Origin: an uncultured delta proteobacterium | Lineage (GTDB): Bacteria > Desulfobacterota > Binatia > UBA9968 | Direction: 5' to 3' | Assembly (NCBI GenBank): GCA_963771465.1 | Contig: CAVYTU010000014.1 | Location: forward strand, 224,001 to 288,000 | Length of the DNA: 64,000 nucleotides | In this document: piece after piece, positions 8,626 to 18,441 of the stretch | Numbering within the stretch: the first letter of the stretch is position 1 | Layout: every line of letters starts with the position of its first letter | Translations under genes and position numbers: made by a program | Notes under the pieces: model-generated | Database searches by the model: none | What the model was told of the DNA's origin: nothing | Seen by the model: only the letters and a program-made list of their open reading frames with translations

Positions 8626-9837
8626 CTACGGCCGAGACTTCTGTGTGCGGACAACGCCGGCCTTTTCCAATGCGCCGATTTCGTTCTCGTTATAGCCAAT
8701 GCTTTGCAGCACTTCGACGCTGTGTTCGCCCAGCGCGGGCGCAAAGCGGCGAAAGGTCGGCGGCGTGTCGGACAAACGGAAGGGCGATGCCAGCTGGCGC
8801 ACCTTTCCTTCCAGCGGATGATCGAGCTCCAGCACCATGCCGCGCTCCTTGGCGTACGGCCCTTCGAGCACTTCGTCGAACTCGAGCATCGGCACCACTG
8901 AAATTTCTTTGGGTATAATCGCGAGCCAGTCGTCGCGTGTCTTGGTCAGCATGTGCGTTTTCACTTTGCGAATCATTTCCGCATTACCCGCCGGAACCGT
9001 GTCGCGCATTTCCGGCAACCCGACGGCGTCGCAGAATGGCGCCCAGAAATGCGCCTGCGCGAATGCCGCGCTGCTCAAGTACTTGCCGTCTTTGCAGCGC
9101 AGGTTGCCGATGCTGGGGAAGCCGCGCCGGCGCACTTTCTTATTGCGGAAGTAGTCGGGCACGTTGGCATTCACGAACGCCGTGCCGCCTTCCACGAGAG
9201 CAATGTCGACCTGCTGTCCGCGCCCGGTTTGCTCGCGTGCAAAAAGCGCCGATTGAATCGCGATCACGGCCAACGCCGCCGAATAGCTGTCCACCGGCTG
9301 GCAGAGCATATCCGCCGGCTCACCGTCGTGCCCCGTCATGAGCGCGCTCACCCCGGACATCCCTTGCGCATTGCGCTCGTTGCCGGGCCATTCCGTAAAG
9401 CTGTTGCCGAAGCCGTAGCCGCTAATCGTCGCGTAGATCAAGCGCGGGTTGATCTTGCTCAACCTCTCGTAGTCCGCGCCCAGGCGCCGGTAAACGCCGA
9501 GACGAAACGAGCCGAAAAAGACATCCGCGTCTTTGACCAGCTGGTGAAAGATCGCCTGGCCTTCCGGCTTTTGCAGATTGATGGCAATGCTGCGCTTGTT
9601 CCGGTGCGTATGATCCCAAGCATTCGCCCGCACCTCTTTTTCGCGCGCCTCCTGATTAGCGGTGAAATTTTCTCTCGACCGACGCGCCGCCTGCTGATCG
9701 CGGTAGGCGCTCCGATCAGCGACGTCTTCAATCTTCAGCACATCCATTCCAAGGTCGGCCAGCATCCAAGTCGCCATCGGCCCCGGCACTAACCGGGTCA
9801 GATCGAGCATGCGAAAACGTTCCAAAGGCAGCGTCAT
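8626..9837 (-). CDS. CaiB/BaiF family III CoA-transferase
   Basis: LDLTRLVPGPMATWMLADLG, RNKRSIAINL, NPRLIYATISGYG, APALGEHS; RBS GGAGG before ATG 9837. Confidence 0.9.
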   Translation of the reverse strand: MTLPLERFRMLDLTRLVPGPMATWMLADLGMDVLKIEDVADRSAYRDQQAARRSRENFTANQEAREKEVRANAWDHTHRNKRSIAINLQKPEGQAIFHQLVKDADVFFGSFRLGVYRRLGADYERLSKINPRLIYATISGYGFGNSFTEWPGNERNAQGMSGVSALMTGHDGEPADMLCQPVDSYSAALAVIAIQSALFAREQTGRGQQVDIALVEGGTAFVNANVPDYFRNKKVRRRGFPSIGNLRCKDGKYLSSAAFAQAHFWAPFCDAVGLPEMRDTVPAGNAEMIRKVKTHMLTKTRDDWLAIIPKEISVVPMLEFDEVLEGPYAKERGMVLELDHPLEGKVRQLASPFRLSDTPPTFRRFAPALGEHSVEVLQSIGYNENEIGALEKAGVVRTQKSRP

Positions 9838-9968
9838 TTCATTGCCTCCTTCTATTTCATCATCGGTACCACAACACACGGTCCCGATGCACGAGAAACC
9901 GCCAACGCACAGAAGACCGCCGTTGAACATATCTTGCAGCTGAGCTATCTAGGCAAAAGCAATGTCGC

Positions 9969-11141
9969 ATGGCGTTGTCACCAATCGCCACGCGGAAATC
10001 TATTGTTTCTGTGAGGCTCACGGTCTTCTGCGTGCACTCGTTTGACCTGGCCAAAGAGAACCCAGTCGTGAATGCAGGGAAACGCAAAGTGAGTATCAAC
10101 GCTGGCGCAGTCATGTGCGTATCGGCGTTCTTCCTCTTATGCCAGCCGCACCCGGTTTTGCCGCAGGCGCTCTTTTATCAAGGTAAGACCATCACGGTGG
10201 TCGCTGGCCAGGAGCCGGGAGGGTTGGGAGATTTGCGGCTGAAGTCGATATTACCGTATTTGAAAAAGCATATTCCTGGACAGCCGAATATTGTGACGGA
10301 ATACATGCCTGGCGGCGGCGGCCGAAAGGCCGCGAACTACATCTATCGAACCGCTCGTCCCGACGGCCTGACGCTCGGGTATCCACCGGGCGGCTTCGTC
10401 CGCGCAGCAGCCCTCAATGAAACTGGAGTGGATTACGAGCTCGACAAATTGAATTTTTACGGTACTGCCGAATCCGAGGACCACTATGTGTTTCTCACCA
10501 GACGGGAGTCCAATCTAGGCACATTGGATCGTCTCCGCGCCAGCCCGGGAATACGCATCGGTGCGCAATCGGTGGGCCATGTGATCCATACGCTCGCCCG
10601 ATTGTTCGCGTATATTCTGCGCCTGAACGAGCCTAAATTCATCACCGGATACTCGGGACCCGAGATGGATCAAGCGCTCTTGCGCGGGGAGCTCGACGCC
10701 AGAGTGAACGTCGTCCCTTCGTTGCTGCGGCGCAATCCCGAATGGATCGAAAAAAAACTGGTTGACGTTCACGTCATCTTGCAGATTCCCAAAGCCAGCA
10801 CGCATCCGCGCTTCGCTCATCTGCCCGAGCTCGAATCTTTTGCCAGGACCGATAAGGAACGGCGGTTGCTGGAGATCTATCGGTCCTTCAGTATCGCCGG
10901 CGCGACCTTTATCACTCCGCCGCGCACCCCGCCGGAGCGGGTTCGGATACTGCGCGATGCCATCAGCGCAGCCTATAAGGACCCCGAGTTTTTCAACGAT
11001 TATAAGAAGCTCACCGGCGAGGCGCCTTCCCCGCTCACGCCGGATGAATTCGATGAAGTCCTAAAGAAGCTTCCTCGCGATCCGCAAGATGTGGATCTTT
11101 TCAAAAAAGTCGCGGGCACGGGCCCGCTGCCGCCCCGCTAG
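9969..11141 (+). CDS. Bug/TctC tripartite tricarboxylate transporter substrate-binding protein
   Basis: FYQGKTITV, HIPGQPNIV..MPGGGG, PDGLTL, GYSG...ALLRGELD; start uncertain. Confidence 0.85.
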   Translation: MALSPIATRKSIVSVRLTVFCVHSFDLAKENPVVNAGKRKVSINAGAVMCVSAFFLLCQPHPVLPQALFYQGKTITVVAGQEPGGLGDLRLKSILPYLKKHIPGQPNIVTEYMPGGGGRKAANYIYRTARPDGLTLGYPPGGFVRAAALNETGVDYELDKLNFYGTAESEDHYVFLTRRESNLGTLDRLRASPGIRIGAQSVGHVIHTLARLFAYILRLNEPKFITGYSGPEMDQALLRGELDARVNVVPSLLRRNPEWIEKKLVDVHVILQIPKASTHPRFAHLPELESFARTDKERRLLEIYRSFSIAGATFITPPRTPPERVRILRDAISAAYKDPEFFNDYKKLTGEAPSPLTPDEFDEVLKKLPRDPQDVDLFKKVAGTGPLPPR

Positions 11142-11326
11142 ATTTGTCGAAACACGCGTGGCAGATTCGATTGTAGTTGGGGAAAAGGGGTCGGGAGTCT
11201 TCTCACGCATAGCGTGACGCCGCGAGATCGCATCGGCGATGAGCAATAAGTCAATAACTCAGGTACGACCCCGGAACCGACCTCGTGGCACAGAACGATT
11301 TTGTTGACTCAAAGGAGCGCGCGGCA

Positions 11327-11986
11327 ATGAAAGTATTGTCCCTCGTATATCCCGGCATGACCCTTTTGGACTTGGTCGGTCCCATGCAGGCGTGGAGTGT
11401 CTTGGCAGGCTTCGAAGTTCAGTACGCCTGGCACCATTCCGGCTCGGTGCCCACGGACTGCGGCCTCAGCGTGCAAGCGACCCACCGTTTCGAGGATACC
11501 TGGACCGATCCAGACGTCCTCTTTGTCGGCGGCGGCGCGAAGCCGACGTTGGACCTGTTGAGTGATTCCGCCACAATCGCCTTTCTAGCGGATCGCGGAT
11601 CCCGCGCCCGCTGGGTGTGCAGTGTCTGCACCGGCTCGCTGCTGCTCGGGGCGGCTGGACTGTTGCGGGGCTACCGTGCCGCCGTGCACTGGGGTGCCCG
11701 GGAAGCCCTCAGCCAATTTGGCGCCGAGCCCAGCAGCGAACGTGTCTGCGTCGACCGCAATCGACTCACCGGAGGCGGCGTCACAGCGGGCATCGACTTC
11801 GGCATCGCAATGGCCGGGCGATGGGCCGGCCAGAGCATGGGACGAGTCGTCGAGCTGCTCCTGGAATACGCGCCCCAACCGCCGTATGGGACGGGACGTC
11901 CCGAGCTGGCCGATCCGCAAACTTTAGCGGCTGCGCGCACGGCGCTGGAGCAAGCGATGACCGGTGTTTCCGCACAGAGTAAATAG
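11327..11986 (+). CDS. DJ-1/PfpI family protein (isonitrile hydratase-like)
   Basis: LDLVGP, SVCTGSLLLGAAGLL, GGGVTAGIDF, EYAPQPP. Confidence 0.88.
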   Translation: MKVLSLVYPGMTLLDLVGPMQAWSVLAGFEVQYAWHHSGSVPTDCGLSVQATHRFEDTWTDPDVLFVGGGAKPTLDLLSDSATIAFLADRGSRARWVCSVCTGSLLLGAAGLLRGYRAAVHWGAREALSQFGAEPSSERVCVDRNRLTGGGVTAGIDFGIAMAGRWAGQSMGRVVELLLEYAPQPPYGTGRPELADPQTLAAARTALEQAMTGVSAQSK

Positions 11987-12589
11987 CGGCGACCGTAATT
12001 GAAAAAATCCAATCGATAAAGACACCCCAGTTGTTGAGTACAATCCTCCCTTCCCAAAAGAGAAGAAGATGTAATCGGCAACGGCTTCCGCACCGCTGGG
12101 CGTGCTCAACTCCTCCGAACGGCCAGCAGAACAACTTGACTGTGCATCAAACGTCGCATTCTACGGCTCGGGTTGTGCAGGTGGCATTTGCCGATATTAA
12201 TATCCGCAAAAAGCTAGTCAGCGTGATTTTACGCCTTCAACCGATTTCCGTCTCACGCCTATGGACCCCAGCTTTTTCATCCTTGAGGAGCTAGAACCGG
12301 GAGACACAGAAAACGAACTTGATTTTAGATCAAGCGGCCATTGCATGATGGAACTAAAGTTTTTCCTGACGCCTTAAGAACATCGCGAAGAAGCTTGGCA
12401 GATTCGATTGGCCCTAAAGCCGTCCGGTTGGCGAAAGATTCAACCGTACGGAAAGTATCTCGGCCGAATGGCATGAATTCGGTCAGGTGAGCGGCCTCGC
12501 AATAAACAGGGAGGATGTCTTAAATTCTCCACTATCCATTCTCAATTATGCATTCTCCGTTAGTCCATTATTCGTACCCGACGATCGAA

Positions 12590-13033
12590 TTATCCATTAT
12601 TCGTTAACGGGTGCGGTCGCGCCGCCATCGTGCCGCCGCTGCCGTAGGGTCGCGTGATCGCTTCGAGAATATGACCGTTGGGATCTTCGAAGTAGACGCC
12701 GCGGCCACCATCCCACTGGTTGATCTGGTCGCGCTGGCTGCGACTGGGATCGGCCCAATAGGGCAAGTGCCGTTCTCGAATGCGCGCAAAGATCTCGTCG
12801 AATTCGGCCTCAGTTACCAGGAAGGCGTAATGCTCAGAAACGATCTCGCCATCGGCGCCTCGGTACTCTTTAACATTCATATAATCCAGCGAGGTGTCGC
12901 CTACCGTTACGATCGCAAACGGCCCTAACCGCAGCGGAGGCGGCAGACCGAGTATCTCGGCTAAGAATTTGCTCGACGCTTCATGGTCATGCGCGGCGAC
13001 AATTGTGTGATTCAGACGAACGGCCATGATCAC
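12590..13033 (-). CDS. VOC/glyoxalase family protein
   Basis: LNHTIV, HYAFLV, YWADP, GGRGVYFEDPNGHILE. Confidence 0.88.
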   Translation of the reverse strand: MIMAVRLNHTIVAAHDHEASSKFLAEILGLPPPLRLGPFAIVTVGDTSLDYMNVKEYRGADGEIVSEHYAFLVTEAEFDEIFARIRERHLPYWADPSRSQRDQINQWDGGRGVYFEDPNGHILEAITRPYGSGGTMAARPHPLTNNG

Positions 13034-13256
13034 GCTCCTTTCTTGGCATTGGGGTTCGTTGTGAAGACTTGTTCAAGCGATCGGCGAAATCGCAATCAAG
13101 CTCGCCCTGGCGCAGAGCGCGCACAGGTGCGAATATTTCCACCGATCGCGCAGTTCGGTCCAATCCTGCGCAGTTTTTTGGTTCGTTTGGCTGAGTACCG
13201 AAAGAAATATATCCCGCGCCGGCCTCTCTCCCAGCGCGGGATATAACCCGGCTTCT

Positions 13257-13475
13257 TCAATGCATTTCCTTTGCCGTTTGCTCGGCTTGCGCGCGCATCC
13301 GCTCCTCTTGCGCTCTTAGCTCCGGTGTAAACTCAGCGCCGAAATCTTCAGCTTCGAAAATTTGGCGAATCTCCACTTCACCTTCCTGGAAAGGTTTGCG
13401 TTTCGCCCATGCGGTCGCCTCTTCCCACGACTCGCACTTCCACAACCAGTAACCGGCAATCAAATCCTTTGGCGC
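13257..13475 (-). pseudogene. C-terminal fragment of YciI/DGPF family protein
   Basis: KDLIAGYWLW...EVEIRQIFEAEDFG..FTPELRAQEER; N-terminal half missing. Confidence 0.75.
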
Positions 13476-13739
13476 GCGCAATCTCTTCACGACAGAAGCA
13501 ACACTGCGGCGCGTAACAAAGCACGTCAAAGAGTAGCGAATCAGCTACTGATGCGTGAACGCAAATTTGATTGCCACAACCAGCGAGTAAATGACGGTTG
13601 GAGTTCGGATCGTTCTTTTAGAGGCGGCTTTCCAGCGTCAAAAGTGGCCTTCTAAGCGCTTTTACGAAGCCTTTTCTGCTAGTTTAGATTTCTAAATCAA
13701 GAAGTTGCCGCGGTCCGACCCCCAGCCCGTTAGACTCAA

Positions 13740-14386
13740 CTAACCTGCCTCCACGTTCTTATAATAGCGATCGATCGTGTGCTGCCAAGCCGGACGCGCC
13801 AGACACCGATCACGATAGTTCCTAAGATTGCTGTATGGCTGGAGCAGACTGTCGTCCTTGATTCCAGCGAGTACGTGCGACATCAAAATGTCAGCTACGG
13901 TGAAGCTATCCGTAGCAACGTACTGGCGGCGATCAAGCCACCGCTCCAGGTTAGAAAGGTGACGGGTAGCCCAACCGACCAAAAACTCCCGGTGCTTGCG
14001 GCATCCATCATCCTTGGTCCAGTCAATCATCAAAATGCTCATCAGTGGAATTTCAACCGAATTCATAGCGGCGAAACACCAACGTATTACTTGCGATTCT
14101 CCAACGAAGTCGCTCGGGATCAGTTTCCCCGTCTTCTTTGCGAGATAAATCAAAATGGCGGCCGATTCAGACAGTACCACACCATCATCATCGATAACTG
14201 GGATTTGCTCGAAAGGACTGTCCTGCGGTACGCGTCAGTGTTCAGGTCATGCGCCGGATGATCCATTCCCACTAGTTCGAACGGGATCTGTATTTCCTCG
14301 AGCGCCCACAGAATCCGGAGATCGCGGGAGTTGCCCCGGGCTACCGCGTTGACCTTCTTAAAACCATAGAGCTTCAGCATAGTCAT
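13740..14386 (-). CDS. Glutathione S-transferase family protein, frameshift near 14215
   Basis: N half (SRDLRILWALEE) in 14150-14386; C half (LSESAAILIYLA, FTVADI, ARPAW) in 13740-14180. Confidence 0.8.
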
Positions 14387-14496
14387 ACCTCAATTGAGTT
14401 GAACGGTATTCTTCTGGCCTGCCGCCGCCGCCGTGTCGGGACGGCGCGCCAGCTGAACGTGGGAAGCGCTGCGAGTGCGCGATGCTGAGCTTTGCG

Positions 14497-14537
14497 GCCT
14501 AACCATTGAGTATACGGACCAGTATATTACGGATTCC
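14497..14537 (-). other. attI-like recombination junction (core GTTAGGC on - strand)
   Basis: gcctAACCATTGAGTatacggaccagtatattacggattcc aligns with 16841-16881. Confidence 0.45.
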
Positions 14538-14566
14538 AAAAATCACTGTAGCCCGACTTTTATCAA

Positions 14567-14893
14567 TGACTGAAAGATATTAGTCTAAATTTTACGAAAA
14601 CCCGATAAATTTTTTTGCTTCTGGCAAAGTAATGGCAAAGTAGACGGCGAAAATGGACTTCCGCAACGAGAGCAAAATCTAACTGGTTGGATTTAAAGAA
14701 GTAAAAAATGTGGCCAGGGACGGGATTGAACCGCCGACACGAGGATTTTCAGTCCTCTGATAGTACCGGGACTATATGTCACCATCGGTCGCTATATGCA
14801 TGAATCCAAGCGTTTGACGCACGTCTAGCATGCTCGATTTTACCGATTCGAACACATAGAGACATATAGTTCTGGCAAAGTTGTGACAAAGTG
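14567..14893. repeat. Composite att site: arm A + 49-bp tRNA-Phe 3' core (14711-14759) + arm B
   Basis: 14567-14759 near-identical to 40810-40999; 14734-14893 similar to 25873-26034. Confidence 0.9.
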
Positions 14894-14947
14894 GCCGGTT
14901 GGCACGGCTACCAGCTTGCTTATGCTGCCTGGTCCATCAAAGTTGCT

Positions 14948-15575
14948 TCAGAATACTGGAGCAGCACTTTCTGCGGGTTCCCAATCGTGAATCAGCACTG
15001 CTATTGCTCTGCCATGAAAGGTATTTAGAAATTGTTTGCGATGCGTTTCGGTCAGCCCGGTCTGCGCTATCAACGTCTCGCGTAGCGGGTGGTGGCTGTC
15101 GATCAGAAACTCATTACGGGTGTGGAGGCGCTCAAGAAGCCGAATGTTTGGTACCCTAGCGGATTTTCCATCAATTCCCCGGTTACAGCGTCGACACGCC
15201 AACACTAGATTCCACACCCCGTCAATTGGTTCGGCTGCGAATCCGACAGCCTTCAGGATATGAGGAAAAAAATGGTCCACATCGGGCGCTATCAAGCTGA
15301 TAAGCGAAATTGTATCGAAGCATTAAAAACAATGGCCTTTTTGATAGCCACTGAGAGCACTACGTGCGCCTGTGATTGCTTTTCGCCTTAGTGATCGGTC
15401 AAAGACAAACAAGCTCTCAGTTGTTGGATCATGTCCTACCGTCACTAAAGCTCGTGAGACACCAAGTTCCCATGCCGTTTCCACCAGCCGCCACCGGGAT
15501 TCAGTCTCGTCGGGGAGATTCACAGCCTGGTGATTCTCCAACAGCTTCCAGAACGCGTCCGTTATCCGAATTCCC
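14948..15575 (-). pseudogene. HNH endonuclease domain protein, 5'-truncated, in-frame TAA at 15323
   Basis: SRWRLVETAWELG...GYQKGHCF*CF...DVDHFFPH...WNLVLACRRCN; the two ORFs are in the same frame. Confidence 0.8.
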
Positions 15576-15660
15576 CAGCGGTCATGCTGTTTTGCCGCAG
15601 GCGGACGCCGTGCGGAACGTCTGATATTCAGTCAGCGGAGAAGTTCGCATTCGATATCCG

Positions 15661-15748
15661 CCAGCGGACGAAGGGGCCGGCCTGAGTGACCTGTGAACTC
15701 CCAGAAGCCGCAATGGCTGGCCCGGTCGGCTGCAGCAGCTTGTTCGGC
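15661..15748 (-). repeat. Degenerate attC-like imperfect palindrome
   Basis: - strand GCCGAACAAGCTGCTGCAGCCGACCGGGCCAGCC...CAGGCCGGCCCC; distal GTT end missing. Confidence 0.45.
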
Positions 15749-15821
15749 CTGCCTTATCCCCGTGGCATAGGTTGGAGTTGACTCACCGGGACCTTTTCAT
15801 CCTCCAACATGACGCCCTTGA

Positions 15822-16700
15822 TCATGCGCGGGTCAATACGAAGTCGTAGTCCATCGTGTGGAACGGGCGATCCATCTGGCGGCCGTCAGGCGCCTTACCG
15901 GGCTGATGCCGCGGAAAGTCTGCGATCAGCCCGTCCCGTACCGAAAAGGCAGCGTCCCGGTCGAGGTACTCACTGCCGCGCACGCAGATTTGCGTCACCA
16001 GGGTGTCGTGGCCATCGGCCTCGATCATGAAGTGAACGTGCGCCGGCCGCCAGCCCCCGTTCGAGGTATACTTGACCAGGTCGCCCATCCCCCCGTCATT
16101 CGGGACTGGATAGCCGATGGGGACGACCGTCCAGAACGAATAGCGACCGTCCGGCTCGCTCTTCAATTGCCCCCGCGTCCGCGTTCCGTCCTTGGCCAGG
16201 TCACCCTGCACGTCGTACAGTCCCCGCCCGTCCGATTGCCAGACGTTGATGGTCGCGTTTGGAACAGGCCGACGATCGATCGCGAGAATACACCCCGAGA
16301 CGTAGAGAGGCTCGCCCGCGACGTCTTCGGCGATGTCGGCGCCGTTCGCGAAAGAGGGTGCGTTCGGAAGGAAGAACGGTCCGAGCACGCCCGGCAGCGT
16401 CGCGCCTTCCGGCTTCGGCTGCGATATCTGGATCACCAGGGTTTCGAGCCCGAGCATCTCGGCGAGCGCGAGGAATTCCTGCCTGCCGCCCTTGCAGTAC
16501 CCGCCCAGCTGGACCAGATAGTTCATCGCGAAGAGGTACTCGTCGCCGGTCAGCCGCACGTCGCGCGCAAAGCCATGCAGATGCTTGATCAGGCTCAAGA
16601 TGATCTCGCGCAGGCGGGGGCCCGTCGTAGCTTGGTAGCGGGTTAGCGCTTCCTTCGTGATCGCCTCTTCGGCAGCGGCATTTTTCCCTTCCGTAGTCAT
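15822..16700 (-). CDS. Intradiol ring-cleavage dioxygenase (hydroxyquinol 1,2-dioxygenase-like)
   Basis: HLHGFARDV, GPF, VWQSDGRGLYDVQ, YPVPNDG, RPAHVHF. Confidence 0.9.
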   Translation of the reverse strand: MTTEGKNAAAEEAITKEALTRYQATTGPRLREIILSLIKHLHGFARDVRLTGDEYLFAMNYLVQLGGYCKGGRQEFLALAEMLGLETLVIQISQPKPEGATLPGVLGPFFLPNAPSFANGADIAEDVAGEPLYVSGCILAIDRRPVPNATINVWQSDGRGLYDVQGDLAKDGTRTRGQLKSEPDGRYSFWTVVPIGYPVPNDGGMGDLVKYTSNGGWRPAHVHFMIEADGHDTLVTQICVRGSEYLDRDAAFSVRDGLIADFPRHQPGKAPDGRQMDRPFHTMDYDFVLTRA

Positions 16701-16840
16701 GAACGTGTCCTCCGATTGTTGGTGACGGTTTTCAGGGCCGCTTCCACCTCACTCAACTCCTCGCCGTAAAAGTGGTTCTCAACGGCCGCCTAGTTCGGCA
16801 TCTGGTTGTCTCCATACTTGCTTTCCGTGGCAGGGTTTCG

Positions 16841-16881
16841 GGCGAACCATTGAGTGAACAGATCTCGTATATCGGGTATCC
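16841..16881 (-). other. attI-like recombination junction (core GTTCGCC on - strand)
   Basis: ggcgAACCATTGAGTgaacagatctcgtatatcgggtatcc, homologous to 14497-14537. Confidence 0.45.
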
Positions 16882-17027
16882 GACAATGATCAATACAAAA
16901 TTTACCCTCGAAATCAAAGGTTTGTCAATTATTACTTCCGCTTATGTATCCAATATCACTGGTCTCGTATATTCAATATACGAGCACGAGCAACACTTAA
17001 TTTGCGCAGAATTTAATTGATCGAGTG

Positions 17028-17516
17028 CTAGCGAGAAATGAAGCTGCCTATTCTTCGGCTCAGTATCGCCGCATTAGCAAGATCTTCGGGGTCGTACATC
17101 GGAAACTGCAAACACTGCGCTATACTCGGATTCAACAGTGCCGGATTACAGGCTTCTCTGAAAATAACGGTAAGCTCTTCCAAAGGGCGGTTCTGCACCC
17201 ACCAGTCAACCTCGTATTTGACCCACTGAGAACGAGTGGCCGCCCGTGACGCGACCAAGAAGAGCGCTTGCGATTCGCCCAGGAGCCGCTCGATGTCACG
17301 CGCATAGGCATTCGCAAAGACATGAGCGTTCGAACCGTCAGCCTTGTGGCCACGGCCGAAATTCTCATAGTCCATGAAGACGTACTGATTAAACCCACGA
17401 TCGACCACCGCCTCGATAGCGGGCAGGATCAACTGGCGGCAGTAACCCGCGTCGACAAGAGGATGGCTAACGAAGAACCCTGCAAATGCTAGTTCTTGTC
17501 CTTGAGGCGCGGCCAT
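17028..17516 (-). CDS. Stand-alone TIR-domain protein
   Basis: FFVSH, VFMD, IERLLGESQALFLVASRAATRSQWVKYEVDWW with the conserved Glu. Confidence 0.7.
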   Translation of the reverse strand: MAAPQGQELAFAGFFVSHPLVDAGYCRQLILPAIEAVVDRGFNQYVFMDYENFGRGHKADGSNAHVFANAYARDIERLLGESQALFLVASRAATRSQWVKYEVDWWVQNRPLEELTVIFREACNPALLNPSIAQCLQFPMYDPEDLANAAILSRRIGSFISR

Positions 17517-17572
17517 AGTTTTTCTAACTTTTAACCTCGCATAGGGATCGGCAAGCTAGAGCCATGCGGGGA

Positions 17573-18412
17573 TCACGGCCGCTGCAGCGTGAACTCGAAC
17601 TCCTGGCGCCGCGCTTTGGCGTTGGCTTCTCTGAATTGTTCCTGCGACTTGTAGGCGATGTGAGGGAGCAGTTTGCCTCTGACACTGACTCGCAGCGGCG
17701 ATTGATCGAACGGATAGGGCTCGACCACGACGGTTTTGGGATCCACGGCGCGCAGATTGATTTCCGTGTCTTCGGCGCCGGGGCGAACCGGAGTCGGTTT
17801 GACCGACGGGCCGTAGTAGCCCTTACCTGCGGTATGGGCGCCGGTGGCGGGCACGGTCGTGATATCGAAATTGGCGCAGAAAAAGAGCGACAACCGGTCG
17901 AATACCTGCATCATGAGATAGTTGAACCAAATCTGCTCCTGGCTATCCACGCCGGCGTACTGTTCGCTCTTCCTGATTTTTTCGATCAGCACTTGGTGAG
18001 TAGGTTCGCGCTCGGCTATAAAGCGATGAGAGAACTCGTCCTGGCGGTCCGCCATGGACGGCATCGTCCCATAGCGCTTTTGCGGCAGACCGACTCCGTG
18101 CATGCTCACCATCAAACCCGCGTAGAGATCCCGGCCAATGACGTTGTCGATGCCTCTTCCGTAGAAGCCCGATCTAATTTCGCGGGGAGTTCGGGTGAAA
18201 GGCAGCGGCACGCCTTGTTCGTCCACCGACGGGTAAACGTCCCAATCCCACCAGCCGTTGTCGTGGGCTTCGGCCGCCAGCACCATGGACTGGTAGGGCT
18301 TCAACGGGGCGAATTCCTGGTTCCCCTAGTGAGCGGCAAACTGCCCGGCGAGATCGCCGTGATCATTCTGCGTAATCATCCGATAGTGCTCGTTACTTTC
18401 GGCAATAATCAT
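17573..18412 (-). pseudogene. DUF3891 family protein with in-frame TAG at 18326-18328
   Basis: MII...ITQNDHGDLAGQFAAH*GN...AEAHDNGW..WD...DLYAGLMVSMH...FDRLSLFFC; RBS GGAGG before ATG 18412. Confidence 0.75.
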
Positions 18413-18441
18413 GACAGCTCCTCCTGCGCCCTCGCGCATCT

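Noticed and set aside
14711-14759. Second tRNA-Phe gene
   Set aside because: Only the 3' 49 nt are present; D-arm and 5' acceptor strand missing, so it is an att core
15323-15325. Recoded stop in the HNH gene
   Set aside because: TAA at a probable Tyr in a gene that is also 5'-truncated; ordinary decay
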